In this document: in pieces, positions 46,898 to 56,805 of the stretch
Position numbering within the stretch: position 1 is the stretch's first letter
Layout: every line of letters starts with the position of its first letter
Source: Planctomycetota bacterium
GTDB taxonomy: Bacteria; Planctomycetota; UBA8108; SXIK01
Direction of reading: 5' to 3'
DNA: 64,000 nucleotides
Assembly (NCBI GenBank): GCA_965223845.1
Contig: CBDCXR010000004.1
Location: 1,056,001 to 1,120,000, forward strand
Notes under the pieces: model-generated
The model's database searches: none
What the model was told of the DNA's origin: nothing
Seen by the model: only the letters and a program-made list of their open reading frames with translations
Program-made: the position numbers and the translations under genes

Positions 46898-47869
46898 ATG
46901 GGGGCTGAACGCTACCTCGATCCGAAGGTGCTGGCGAAGATCGCTCGACTCGAGCTCAAGGCTCGGTTGATCGTCGAGGGGTACATCTCCGGCCTTCACC
47001 GAAGCCCCTACCACGGGTTCAGCATCGAGTTTGCGGAGCACCGCGAGTACGTCCCCGGGGACGATATCCGTCACATCGACTGGAAGGTGTACGGGCGTTC
47101 CGATCGCTACTACATCAAACAGTACGAGGAGGAGACGAACCTCGGCGCGCACCTCCTCCTCGACGCGTCGGAGTCGATGGCTTACCCGTACGCGCGCGGC
47201 GACAAGGCGGCCGTCGAGCGCGCGTCGTCCGCGCCGACCGAAGCGAAGAGCGGCCCACTGGGCTCCGCCCGAATCTCGAAGTACGAGTACGGCACCTACA
47301 TCGCGGCGTCCCTCGGGTACCTGATTCTCAAGCAGCAGGACGCGGCGGGAATTACGCTCTTCGACGACCGCGTGCGCCACTCTGTGTCGCCGAGCTCGAA
47401 TTTGCGGCAGATCGAGACCATCTGCGAAACCGCGCTGAAGGGGGAGCTCAAGCAGACGACGAATGTCGGGGCGATGCTTCAGGAGTTCGCCGATCGGGTG
47501 AAGAAGAAGAGCCTCGTCGTCATCATTTCGGATCTGCTCGACGGGATCGAGAACGTGCAGCGCGGTCTCCGCCAGCTCCGCCAGCGCGGTCACGAGGTGA
47601 TCGTGTTCCACGTCCTCGACCGAGAGGAGCTGCGCTTTCCGTTTCAGAGGATGACCCTGTTCGAGGGGTTGGAGGGTCTCCCCGAGCTGGTCGCCGACCC
47701 GCGCGCCCTTCGCAAAGGGTATCTCGAGGAGCTCGAAGCGTATCTCGAGGAGGTGCGGCGCACCTGCCGCGACCATCTGATCGACTACGTTCTCCTCGAC
47801 ACCGAGGAGAAGCTCCACGTCGCCCTCACATCGTACCTGGCGAAGCGTTCGGGGGCACAGCGCGCGTGA
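46898..47869 (+). CDS. DUF58 (vWA-like) protein
   Basis: GLHRSPYHGFSIEFAEHREYVPGDDIRHIDWK, LDASESM, IISDL. Confidence 0.92.
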   Translation: MGAERYLDPKVLAKIARLELKARLIVEGYISGLHRSPYHGFSIEFAEHREYVPGDDIRHIDWKVYGRSDRYYIKQYEEETNLGAHLLLDASESMAYPYARGDKAAVERASSAPTEAKSGPLGSARISKYEYGTYIAASLGYLILKQQDAAGITLFDDRVRHSVSPSSNLRQIETICETALKGELKQTTNVGAMLQEFADRVKKKSLVVIISDLLDGIENVQRGLRQLRQRGHEVIVFHVLDREELRFPFQRMTLFEGLEGLPELVADPRALRKGYLEELEAYLEEVRRTCRDHLIDYVLLDTEEKLHVALTSYLAKRSGAQRA

Positions 47870-47921
47870 ACGAACTAGCGACGCGCACACGGGCGACGAA
47901 CCGGAGGAGAGCCCCGCGGCG

Positions 47922-50330
47922 ATGGGATTCCTGACGAACTTCTTCCTTCAGCCCTGGATGCTCGCCGGTACGGCGCTCGTCTCCGTGCCGATCATCATCT
48001 ATCTCATCCAGCGGCACCGCTACCGCCGGCGTCCGTGGGCGGCGATGGAGTTCCTGCTTCGCGCGGTGAAGCGCCACCAGCGGCGCATTCAGCTGCAGAA
48101 CCTTCTTCTCCTCGTGGTGCGCTGTCTCATCATCGCATTCCTCGCGCTCGCGATGGCGCGGCCGGTGCTCCGGCAAGCCGGGTTCGTGGCGGGGTCGAGC
48201 GAGAATCAGAACTGGCTGCTCGCGCTCGATACGTCCTTCAGCATGGACTATCGCGTCGAGGGAACGAGTCGCTTCGATGCTGCACGCGAGTCGATTCTCG
48301 CGATGTACGGGACACTCATCCATCCGGGGGATCGGGTGGCCCTCGTGACGTTCGAGGCGCAGCCGCGTGTCGTCATGCCGCCGACCTTCGTCGACGAGGA
48401 CGCGTATCCGCTCCAGCTGAGACGGGAACTCGAGGATCTCCGACTCTCGGCCGAATCGGTCGACCTCGGGAGCAGCTTCGCGCAGCTCGTCGAGACCTCC
48501 GGCGAATTCGCCGCGACCGTGGGCGGCGGTGGGGCGGTCGGCGCGGTGCCGAAGCACGTCGTCGTCTTCAGTGACCTCCAGCGTAAGGACTGGATCACCG
48601 AGGACGGGCCGCGCCACCCTGCGCTCGGACGTCTCGCGGAGCAGGTGAACGAGCAGGGCGGCCAGTTTTTCCTCGCCGAGTTCGGCGTGGACGAAGAGCC
48701 GGTGAACGTCGCCGTGACCGATCTATCGATTCACCCGCCGCAACTCGGCGAGGACGTATGGGCCGAGATCCGTGTTACCGTGCGCAACTTCAGCGCCAAG
48801 GATCTCGAGAACCTCGACCTGACGATCGAGGTCGATGCCGATCCCGACGCGGAGGACGCCGAACCTCAGCTCGGAGGCGTCGTCCGCGTCCCGGCGGGCG
48901 GGACGGTCTCGCGCTCCATGCGCTACCGCTTCGCGACTCCCGGCGATCACACGATCGTCGCGCGACTTCGATCCGACGGGCTCGAGCTCGACAACGAGCG
49001 TTATCTCATCGCGCCGGTGAAGAAGGAGCTGAGCGTCCTTCTCGTCGACGGTGAGCCGACGGCCGATCCGACCGAACGCGAAACCTTTCATCTCGAAGTC
49101 GCGCTACTTCCGGAAGACGATTCGCTCTCGAACGTAGAAGGACGGTGGACGCCGTTCGTGCCGCGCTACGTCCTTCCCGAGCAGCTCGACGAGGTCGCGT
49201 GGGAGGATCACATCCTCGTCATTCTCGCGAACGTGAGTGCGCTCGGAGAGGGCTCGATCGCGTCTCTCAAGGAGTACGTGCGCGACGGCGGAGCGCTCGC
49301 GGTCTTTCTCGGTCCGAACGTCGATCCCCAGCTCTACGCGCAGCTCTTTTCTGAAGACGATGCGCCCGGGCTGCTCCCCTTCCGCCTCGGCGAGGTGCGC
49401 GGCGACCGGCGCTTCCCGGTTCACCTCGCAGCTTCCGATCTTTCGCATCCCGTCGTTCGCTACTTCGAGGAGCGGCGCGAGGCGACGATGCTCCACCGCC
49501 CGCTGATCTCGTTCTACAAGTACTTCTCTCTCGCGGAGCCGCCGCGAGAGGATTCGGGCGCGCGGACCCTCTTTCGCTACACCGATATCGATCAGACTCC
49601 CGCCGTCCTCGACGTCCCCTACGGGCGCGGTCGCGTCTTTTGGTTCAACTCGACGGCGGATCAGGCGTGGAACGATCTCTCGGACTGGCCGGACTTCGTC
49701 GTCCTCTTGTACGAGTCCGCTTCGTACCTCGTCCGCTTCGGCGCGGAGGCGACGAATCTCGGGGTCGGCGACTACTACCGCCGGGCGTACACCGCCGAGA
49801 ACTACGCGTCCGAGGTGACCCTCACGATGCCCGAGTGGGACGGGATCGCAGGGGCCGAGCGAGCACGAACGATCAACAAGGTCATGCGCCGGGACTCGAT
49901 CGAATCGGACGAATCCAACGAGTCTGCGCCCGATGCCGGCGGAGGCGACTCCGGCGGTGACGGGCGCGGCGTCGACGGGGAAGCGGCCGAAGGGTTCGAA
50001 ATCGTCCACGACGACACGTCCGTGCCGGGAGTCTACCGCGTCGACCTTCGCCGACCGCACACCCCGATCGAGGATTCGGTCGAGTACTTCTGCGTGAACG
50101 TCTCGACCGAGGAGAGCGATCTCTCCCCCCTCCGCGACGGGGACATCGCGACGCACGTTCCGGACTTCGAGTACAAGGTCCTCGACATCTCTCGGCGCGC
50201 CGACGAGATCGCGTCGGAGGAGAACGCGATGCGCGGGCGTGAATACTGGAAGTGGTTTCTCGCCATCGTGCTCGCGCTCCTCGTGACCGAATCGGTCCTC
50301 GCGTGGCTCTTCGGGAGGAGGTCGGTATGA
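47922..50330 (+). CDS. BatA-domain + vWA + Ig-like + GATase-like membrane protein
   Basis: BatA motif PIIIYLI...WAAMEFL...LLLLVVR...ARP, MIDAS LDTSFSM/FSDLQ, LKEYVRDGGAL, C-terminal TM (LLVTESVLAW). Confidence 0.85.
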   Translation: MGFLTNFFLQPWMLAGTALVSVPIIIYLIQRHRYRRRPWAAMEFLLRAVKRHQRRIQLQNLLLLVVRCLIIAFLALAMARPVLRQAGFVAGSSENQNWLLALDTSFSMDYRVEGTSRFDAARESILAMYGTLIHPGDRVALVTFEAQPRVVMPPTFVDEDAYPLQLRRELEDLRLSAESVDLGSSFAQLVETSGEFAATVGGGGAVGAVPKHVVVFSDLQRKDWITEDGPRHPALGRLAEQVNEQGGQFFLAEFGVDEEPVNVAVTDLSIHPPQLGEDVWAEIRVTVRNFSAKDLENLDLTIEVDADPDAEDAEPQLGGVVRVPAGGTVSRSMRYRFATPGDHTIVARLRSDGLELDNERYLIAPVKKELSVLLVDGEPTADPTERETFHLEVALLPEDDSLSNVEGRWTPFVPRYVLPEQLDEVAWEDHILVILANVSALGEGSIASLKEYVRDGGALAVFLGPNVDPQLYAQLFSEDDAPGLLPFRLGEVRGDRRFPVHLAASDLSHPVVRYFEERREATMLHRPLISFYKYFSLAEPPREDSGARTLFRYTDIDQTPAVLDVPYGRGRVFWFNSTADQAWNDLSDWPDFVVLLYESASYLVRFGAEATNLGVGDYYRRAYTAENYASEVTLTMPEWDGIAGAERARTINKVMRRDSIESDESNESAPDAGGGDSGGDGRGVDGEAAEGFEIVHDDTSVPGVYRVDLRRPHTPIEDSVEYFCVNVSTEESDLSPLRDGDIATHVPDFEYKVLDISRRADEIASEENAMRGREYWKWFLAIVLALLVTESVLAWLFGRRSV

Positions 50331-52831
50331 GCTGGATCGTCGGGCGGCTCCATCTTCTCCAGGCGACGGAGACGACGGTCGAGGAGTTTCGGTGGCTCAG
50401 CGCGTTCCCCGCCTGGGTGTTCTTCCTCGTCGTCGCGCCCCTCGCTATCCTCTTCGCGCACTGGGTCTACCGCCGCGAGCGACTGAGCGGCGGGCCCGCG
50501 ACGCGATGGACCCTCACCGGACTCAGGACGCTCGTCCTTCTTTTCATCGTCGTTCTCCTCGCGGAGCCTGTCCTGCGAACGACGAAGTTTCTGCGGCAGG
50601 ACGCGGTGATCCTCGTCCTGGTCGACGATTCGCTCAGCATGGAGATCGCGGACAAGTACGGCCGCCGCGATCTTGCGGGCAACCTCGCCGAGTTTTTCGG
50701 TTCGACGGAAGACGTCATCGAAGCCACGTCGCGATACGGCCTCGTACGCCGCTTGCTCCGGAGTGATGACGTAAAGCTTATCGAGCGCCTGCGCGAAAAA
50801 GGTCGCGTGGTCGTCTCGACCTTCGCCGGCAGCCTCCAGCGTCTCCGGGAGTTCCCGCGGCGCACCGGGGACGAGCCCGACGCGCCGCCCGCGCACGAGG
50901 TGGAGATCCTTCCTGACTACGATTCGGTCCGCGCGAGTCTGCGCGTCCAGCAAACGCGGATCGCGGACGGGATCCTCGACGCGGTGAGCAGCGTCTCGGG
51001 GAGTCGCCTCGGCTCTTCGGAGCAGCGAGTCGCGGCCGTCGTCCTCTTCACCGACGGTCAAGAGACGGGGGGCAGTCGAGCGATCGACGACGTCGCCCGT
51101 CGCCTCGGCCAGCGCGGAGTTCCGGTCTACACGGTCGGTGTGGGGGACCCGGACGATCCGAAAGACATCCGCATGGTCAACCTCGAAGTGAACGACGTCG
51201 TTCTCGCCGGCGACGACGTGCCGTTCGACGCGTCGATCGTCGCCGACGGCTACGAAGGCGAGCGCGTGGAGGTGGAGCTCCAGTTCGATGGCCGGGTCGT
51301 CGACCGCCGCACCGAAGCTCTGGGGGCGAACGGCGAGGTGAAGAGCCTTCGTTTCGAGTACCGGCCGCCCGAGCCGGGCGAGTTCACCGTGACCGTCGCG
51401 GTGGAGACGCGCGGCGGCGAGCTCTTCAAGGACAACAACGCGATTTCGAAGACCATTCGCGTCCTCGATCAGAAGATCAAGGTGCTCTACGCCGACGGGC
51501 TCCCGCGGTGGGAGTACCGCTATCTCGAGAGCATTCTCACGCGCGATCCGACGATGGAGACGCAGGTGTTTCTCCACTCGGCGGATCCGAACTTCCTCCA
51601 GGAGTCCTCGGACGGGATCCCGCCGCTCCGCCGCTTTCCGGAGACGCGCGAGGAGCTCTTTGCGTATCACGTGATCGTCATCGGTGACGTTCCCGTCGAG
51701 GCCGGTGTCTCCGATCGCTTTCTTCGCCCCGAGCAGCTTCAGCTCGTGCGGGACTTCGTGTTCGAAGCCGGCGGCGGGGTGATCTTCGTCGGCGGGCCGA
51801 ACTCGAATCCGCTGCGCTACCGCGACACGTCGCTCTACAGCATTCTGCCCGTCGTCGTTCCGGAGGGTGCTCGACTCCGCTGGACGGAATCACAGCAGCC
51901 GATCACCGAGTCGTTCAATATGGAGCTCACGCCCGCGGGCCGCGAGCACACCGTCATGCGGCTCGACAACGACCGCGAGCGCAACATCACGCTATGGGAG
52001 AATCCTCAGCGCCGTCCGTTCGAGAATCTGCCGGGCATGTACTGGTTCGCGAAGGTCGGGGCGGCGAAGAAGGGGGCGGTCGTGCTCGCGCAGCACCCGA
52101 GCGCCGCCGTTCCGGGCGAAGAGGACGAAGGGATCCCGCTGCTCGCGTTCATGAACTACGGGAAGGGCCGAACCTTCTACAGCGGGGTCGACGAAACGTG
52201 GCGATGGCGCGCCGGGGAAGACACACGCCTCTTCGGCCGCTTCTGGGGGCAGGTGGTTCGCTTCGTCGCGTCGGGTCGTCTCCTCGGGAAGACGCCGCGG
52301 TTCTCGATTACGACGGACAAAGTGTCGTACACGCTCGGCGAAACGGTGAATATCGAAGCGCGCGTCTTCGACGCGAACATGAAACCAGTCACCGACCCGC
52401 AAGTGAAGGCGTACCAGGCGGCGGGAGCTGCAGCGCCGACGGAGCTCGAGCTCGATCTCGACGCGGTACGCGGCCAAGGTGTCTACCGCGGCTCCGTCCT
52501 CGCGAATCAGCTGGGGCCGCACGAAATCTGGTTGGGGACGACCGCCGAAAAGCTCGCGTTTCGCTCGTATTCGGTCGCGGTGCCGGCGATCGAGCTGCGC
52601 GATCCACGACGCAACTCGCCGCTCCTCGAGGAGCTCGCGGTCTCGAGCGAGGGAAAGTCGTACGAGCTGTACGAAGTGGGCGAGCTCATCGACTCGATCG
52701 AGGGGCAGAGTCGTTCGCGTCGCGGGCGCTACGAAGACGACGCGATTTGGGATGAAACGTGGATTCTCCTTTCGTTTACCGGGCTGATCGCGCTCGAGTG
52801 GATCCTGCGGAAGATGGCCCGACTCCTGTGA
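50327..52831 (+). CDS. vWA + Ig-like + GATase-like membrane protein
   Basis: ATGA overlap at 50327; two N-terminal TMs, MIDAS VDDSLSM/FTDGQ, PRWEYRYL, TWRWR, C-terminal LEWILRK. Confidence 0.85.
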   Translation: MSWIVGRLHLLQATETTVEEFRWLSAFPAWVFFLVVAPLAILFAHWVYRRERLSGGPATRWTLTGLRTLVLLFIVVLLAEPVLRTTKFLRQDAVILVLVDDSLSMEIADKYGRRDLAGNLAEFFGSTEDVIEATSRYGLVRRLLRSDDVKLIERLREKGRVVVSTFAGSLQRLREFPRRTGDEPDAPPAHEVEILPDYDSVRASLRVQQTRIADGILDAVSSVSGSRLGSSEQRVAAVVLFTDGQETGGSRAIDDVARRLGQRGVPVYTVGVGDPDDPKDIRMVNLEVNDVVLAGDDVPFDASIVADGYEGERVEVELQFDGRVVDRRTEALGANGEVKSLRFEYRPPEPGEFTVTVAVETRGGELFKDNNAISKTIRVLDQKIKVLYADGLPRWEYRYLESILTRDPTMETQVFLHSADPNFLQESSDGIPPLRRFPETREELFAYHVIVIGDVPVEAGVSDRFLRPEQLQLVRDFVFEAGGGVIFVGGPNSNPLRYRDTSLYSILPVVVPEGARLRWTESQQPITESFNMELTPAGREHTVMRLDNDRERNITLWENPQRRPFENLPGMYWFAKVGAAKKGAVVLAQHPSAAVPGEEDEGIPLLAFMNYGKGRTFYSGVDETWRWRAGEDTRLFGRFWGQVVRFVASGRLLGKTPRFSITTDKVSYTLGETVNIEARVFDANMKPVTDPQVKAYQAAGAAAPTELELDLDAVRGQGVYRGSVLANQLGPHEIWLGTTAEKLAFRSYSVAVPAIELRDPRRNSPLLEELAVSSEGKSYELYEVGELIDSIEGQSRSRRGRYEDDAIWDETWILLSFTGLIALEWILRKMARLL

Positions 52832-52849
52832 TTCGATCTCGCGCCGGAA

Positions 52850-55486
52850 ATGTCGGTGCGGTTGTCGACTCTTCTCGTACAGACGAGCTTCGTGTTTCTA
52901 AGCGGCTTTAGGAATGGTTTCGCACCGAGGCCCGAGCGAGGACTCGGTCGCCGGCGCGGTTTCGCGTCCACGGGTGCCATCGCCCTGATGGTTCTCGTCG
53001 GTGCCGCGCTCGTCATTCCGCGCGCCCATGCGAACGACACCGTCCTCGTCGCCGCCGCGGATGAGCTTTGGCGGCAAGATCTCCGCGCCGCGCTCGAAGA
53101 GCTGCGCGAGGGTCGCACCGGGCGAGGGATCGAGCTGCTCCAGCGACTGCTCGTCCGGGGAGACGGCGCGCTGCTCGAGATTCGCTCGGAGGCTGTGCTC
53201 GAGAGCCCCCTCACCGCGGAGATCGATGCAACGATTCTCGTCACGGAGAAGCGGGTCGACCCCGCTCCCCGAGTCCGCCCGCGCAGTCGATTCGCGGTGC
53301 GAAGTCCCGTGAGAGTGAAGCGGACGTCGACCTCGAAGCCGCGCCGATTCCTCTCCGTTCCCGCGGTGGTCCGGACGGTGCTCCGCGCGCTGCCGGCAGA
53401 GCACCGGGAGTTGTATCGCGCACGCTACGACACCCGCGCCGATGCCCTCCTCGCGTCCTTCCGCTCGAGTGGCTCGTCCGCGCCGCTCGAACGGCTCGTC
53501 GGGACGTATCCGATCGCGAGCTCCTTCGCCGTCGCGGCGGAAGCCTTGGGCGACGTTCGCTGGGAAGAGGGGCGGACGCTCGGCGCCGCACGGAATTGGC
53601 GGAGCGCGATCGAGTCGCTCACAGACGATGCCGCGAGCGGCGGAGACGCACCGGAACGCGCGACCCGTCGGGCGCGACTTCGCGGCAAGTTGGCGCGCGC
53701 GCTCGTCGCGCTCGGCTACACCCGCGCGGCCGAGGAGGCCGTCGCCGAGCTCGAAGAGACCGGGTGGCCGGGCGCCGGCGTGATCGCCGCCTCGCCGCGA
53801 ACCGAGGCGCTCGGGGTAGAGATCGGTGCGGCGGACCCGACCCCCGGCGCGGCGTCGGTGCCGGCGGACACGGATTGGTCGGGCGCACTCGCGCAGCTCT
53901 TCGTTGGCGTCGGAGCGGGACGCGGCGCGCCCTCACTTCCGTCGATCGAAAAAGGAACGTTCGAGCTCTCCTGGGCGAGCGCGCGCGCACTGCGCCTTCG
54001 GGGCGGCGAGTTCGCGGGGCTCGTCCCACCCGTGCCCTTCCTTCCGCTCGTCGAAGGCGGCGAGCTCTTCCTCGCAACGCCGCGCTGGATCCACCGCTTC
54101 GAGGCTTCGCCCGGTCGCGGGCGCGTGACCGCGCGCTACCGAAAGCCGGATCGTCCTCTCATCTTCGAGCTCGACAACGAGACGCGCCGACTCACGGTAA
54201 AGCGCTGGCGGGAACGCGATGGCGGACCGTACGCGAACGAGCTTCCGCGCAGCATCATCGTCTCGAGTTTCGTCGACGACGTCGTCGAGTACGCCGAGTA
54301 CCAGCACTACCAGATTCGCGCCGAAATTCCGATTCGCGGACTGATCGCGTTCGACGGAGAGACCGGCGAGGAGCTCTGGCGCACCCGGGAGCGAGCGGAT
54401 CGCGACCGTGCGGTTCATCGGCGCTCGGCGGCGAGTGTGCTCGCGGCGCGGGATGAACGGCGCGGTGGACGCGGTGCTGGAGAGAAGGGCTTCAGCTACA
54501 CGTCGCCCGTTCTGATTCGACACGGTCTCGTCGTCGTCGGCGGTTGGGTGCAGCGCGGCTACGTGAACGCGGCGCTCCGCGGACTCGACCTTCGCGACGG
54601 TTCGGTCGTCTGGGAGACTCTCCTCAGCAGCTCTCAGCTAGAGCAGACGATGTTCGGCGAGATCGCGCGGGAGCCGTTTCCCGGGTCGATCGCCGAGCGC
54701 GAAGGGATCGTGTACTTTGCCACGCAGCTCGGCTCCGTCGCGGCCGTCGAGCTCGCGACCGGTGACCCTCTCTGGCTGACGACGTACCCGACGATTCCCG
54801 TCGAAAGTACGCTCGGACCGCTGCCTCGACTTCGCGCAGTGCGGTGGGGCGACGCGCCGCTCGTCTTCGTCGACCATCTTCTTCTCGTCGCACCCCGCGA
54901 CGGCACTCGCCTCTATGCGATCGACACCGGGAGCGGCGCCGACGGCGTCGCGGCGGCGGGCACGATCCGTTGGGAGTTCAGCGGAGCGGACTTCGGCAGT
55001 CGACTCGATCACTTCGTCGGTTACCGGGATGGATACGCTTACATTTCGAGCGAGGAAGGAGCCGCTCCGATCGTGCGTCTCGATATTCGCGAGCGCGATG
55101 CCCGGGGGCGGCTCGTCGCCGAGGGCGGCGGGGTCCGGCGCGAGCCGGCCGCCGAGCAGACCATGGCGATCCTCGGCATCCATCCGACGACTCACGCAGT
55201 CCTCACCGACCGCGGTCTTCTGGTCGTCAGCGAGTCGCGCCTTCGACTCGTCAGCTTCGATCTGCGCTCGGTCGTGGATCTCTCCGCGGAGCTCCCGCTC
55301 TTCGCGGTCGACGAGGGGCGCGGGCGGCTCGACGTCGAGAGCGGGTCGATCTACTTCACGAATTGGCGCGGCGTGACGGCGTTTGCGAGTCGGCTGGCGT
55401 CGGCAGGCGATCGCTCGATCGAGCGCCGCGATTCCGAGGCCGCCGGAGAAGACGAATTCGAGCCGCGAGAGACCGAGAGCGACTGA
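52850..55486 (+). CDS. Exported TPR-like + PQQ-type beta-propeller protein
   Basis: Signal-like segment ending AHA, helical region, repeats AFDGETGEELW, GLDLRDGSVVW, AVELATGDPLW, AIDTGSG..IRW; start uncertain. Confidence 0.75.
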   Translation: MSVRLSTLLVQTSFVFLSGFRNGFAPRPERGLGRRRGFASTGAIALMVLVGAALVIPRAHANDTVLVAAADELWRQDLRAALEELREGRTGRGIELLQRLLVRGDGALLEIRSEAVLESPLTAEIDATILVTEKRVDPAPRVRPRSRFAVRSPVRVKRTSTSKPRRFLSVPAVVRTVLRALPAEHRELYRARYDTRADALLASFRSSGSSAPLERLVGTYPIASSFAVAAEALGDVRWEEGRTLGAARNWRSAIESLTDDAASGGDAPERATRRARLRGKLARALVALGYTRAAEEAVAELEETGWPGAGVIAASPRTEALGVEIGAADPTPGAASVPADTDWSGALAQLFVGVGAGRGAPSLPSIEKGTFELSWASARALRLRGGEFAGLVPPVPFLPLVEGGELFLATPRWIHRFEASPGRGRVTARYRKPDRPLIFELDNETRRLTVKRWRERDGGPYANELPRSIIVSSFVDDVVEYAEYQHYQIRAEIPIRGLIAFDGETGEELWRTRERADRDRAVHRRSAASVLAARDERRGGRGAGEKGFSYTSPVLIRHGLVVVGGWVQRGYVNAALRGLDLRDGSVVWETLLSSSQLEQTMFGEIAREPFPGSIAEREGIVYFATQLGSVAAVELATGDPLWLTTYPTIPVESTLGPLPRLRAVRWGDAPLVFVDHLLLVAPRDGTRLYAIDTGSGADGVAAAGTIRWEFSGADFGSRLDHFVGYRDGYAYISSEEGAAPIVRLDIRERDARGRLVAEGGGVRREPAAEQTMAILGIHPTTHAVLTDRGLLVVSESRLRLVSFDLRSVVDLSAELPLFAVDEGRGRLDVESGSIYFTNWRGVTAFASRLASAGDRSIERRDSEAAGEDEFEPRETESD

Positions 55487-55631
55487 CCAGCGGTTCGGGA
55501 AGGAGCTTTTTCTGTCCGCGAGAACGGGGCGTCGAACGTACGATGAAGAGTGAGAATCCCACGGTGAGCGGGGTCTGCCCGGCCGCCGGACATCAGGCGA
55601 ATCTTCCGAGGCGATATCGGGTGAACCTCCC

Positions 55632-56804
55632 ATGAGACCTTGCGCTGAACGTCACTCACGGCGCCGTCGGCGCTTCCGGATGCGGTCGGTGGCCGCCCTG
55701 CTCGCGCTCGTCGCCGTCGTCGCCGGCTTGCCCGTCCGAGGGACGCCGCCGGGAGGTCTCGCCGAGAATGCTCGCACCTCGAACCCGAGGCGCGAACCGC
55801 CGCGTCGCTTCGGGATCGACGCGTCGGTACGCGAGCGAATCGACCGCGGGCTCGAGTTCCTGCGGCGGAGCCAGAACCCAGACGGATCGTGGTCGGACTA
55901 CGTGGGCCGGAAGGTCCACATGCGCTACGAGTGTCACTTCGCGCGCCATGTCGGTGCGACGGCACTCGCCGGAATGGCCTTCCTATCGGCCGGCGTCCTG
56001 CCGGGACGTGGCCCCGACGCCAGGTACTGCGAGGTGCTGCGGAAGGCGACGGATTTCTTGATCCGCCAGCAAGACAGCACGGGATACATCTCCGCCTACG
56101 GCTCGCGCATGTACGCCCACGCCTTCGCGACCCTGTTCCTCGCCGAGGCCTACGGAACGGCCGTCGAGCCGGACGCCGACCGCGTCCGAAGAGCGCTTCG
56201 AGGTGCGGTGCGACTCATCGTTCGCGCGCAGAACGAATCGGGGGGATGGCGCTACACTCCTCAGGCCAAAGATTCCGATATGTCGGTGACGGTGTGCCAA
56301 GTCATGGCGCTCCGCGCCGCGCGAAACGCGGGGATCGAAGTCCCGAAGGCGACCATCGACTCCGCCGTGAAGTACGTCCGTCGGAGCTTCGACAACATCG
56401 AGCGCGGCTTTCGCTACCAGATCTACCCCGAGTACGGCCGGAGTCGAGTCTCGTTCGCGCTCACGGCGTGCGGGGTCACGACGTTCTTCGCCGCCGGGGA
56501 GTACAACGCGATCGAGATCCGTGACGGCCTCAATTACCTCTGGCGCCATCGCTTCGAGAACGGTGCGGGGCGCGAGCGGGAGAACTTCGAGTGGTTCTAC
56601 GGTCACTACTACGCCGTACAGGCGGCGTTCCAGGCGGGCGGGGAGTATTGGCGGCGCTGGTACGAATTCATCAGCGAACAACTGGTGACTCTCCAGCGCG
56701 TGGACGGGAGCTGGGAAGATCTCGTGGGGCCGAACTACGCCACCGCGATGGCGCTCATCATTCTGCAGTTGCCGAACCAGTATCTTCCGATTACGGAGAG
56801 TTGA
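55632..56804 (+). CDS. Exported prenyltransferase/squalene-oxidase-repeat protein
   Basis: QW-type repeats (FLRRSQNPDGSW, AQNESGGWRY, QRVDGSW), DMSVTVCQVMAL; start could be 55680. Confidence 0.85.
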   Translation: MRPCAERHSRRRRRFRMRSVAALLALVAVVAGLPVRGTPPGGLAENARTSNPRREPPRRFGIDASVRERIDRGLEFLRRSQNPDGSWSDYVGRKVHMRYECHFARHVGATALAGMAFLSAGVLPGRGPDARYCEVLRKATDFLIRQQDSTGYISAYGSRMYAHAFATLFLAEAYGTAVEPDADRVRRALRGAVRLIVRAQNESGGWRYTPQAKDSDMSVTVCQVMALRAARNAGIEVPKATIDSAVKYVRRSFDNIERGFRYQIYPEYGRSRVSFALTACGVTTFFAAGEYNAIEIRDGLNYLWRHRFENGAGRERENFEWFYGHYYAVQAAFQAGGEYWRRWYEFISEQLVTLQRVDGSWEDLVGPNYATAMALIILQLPNQYLPITES

Positions 56805-56805
56805 A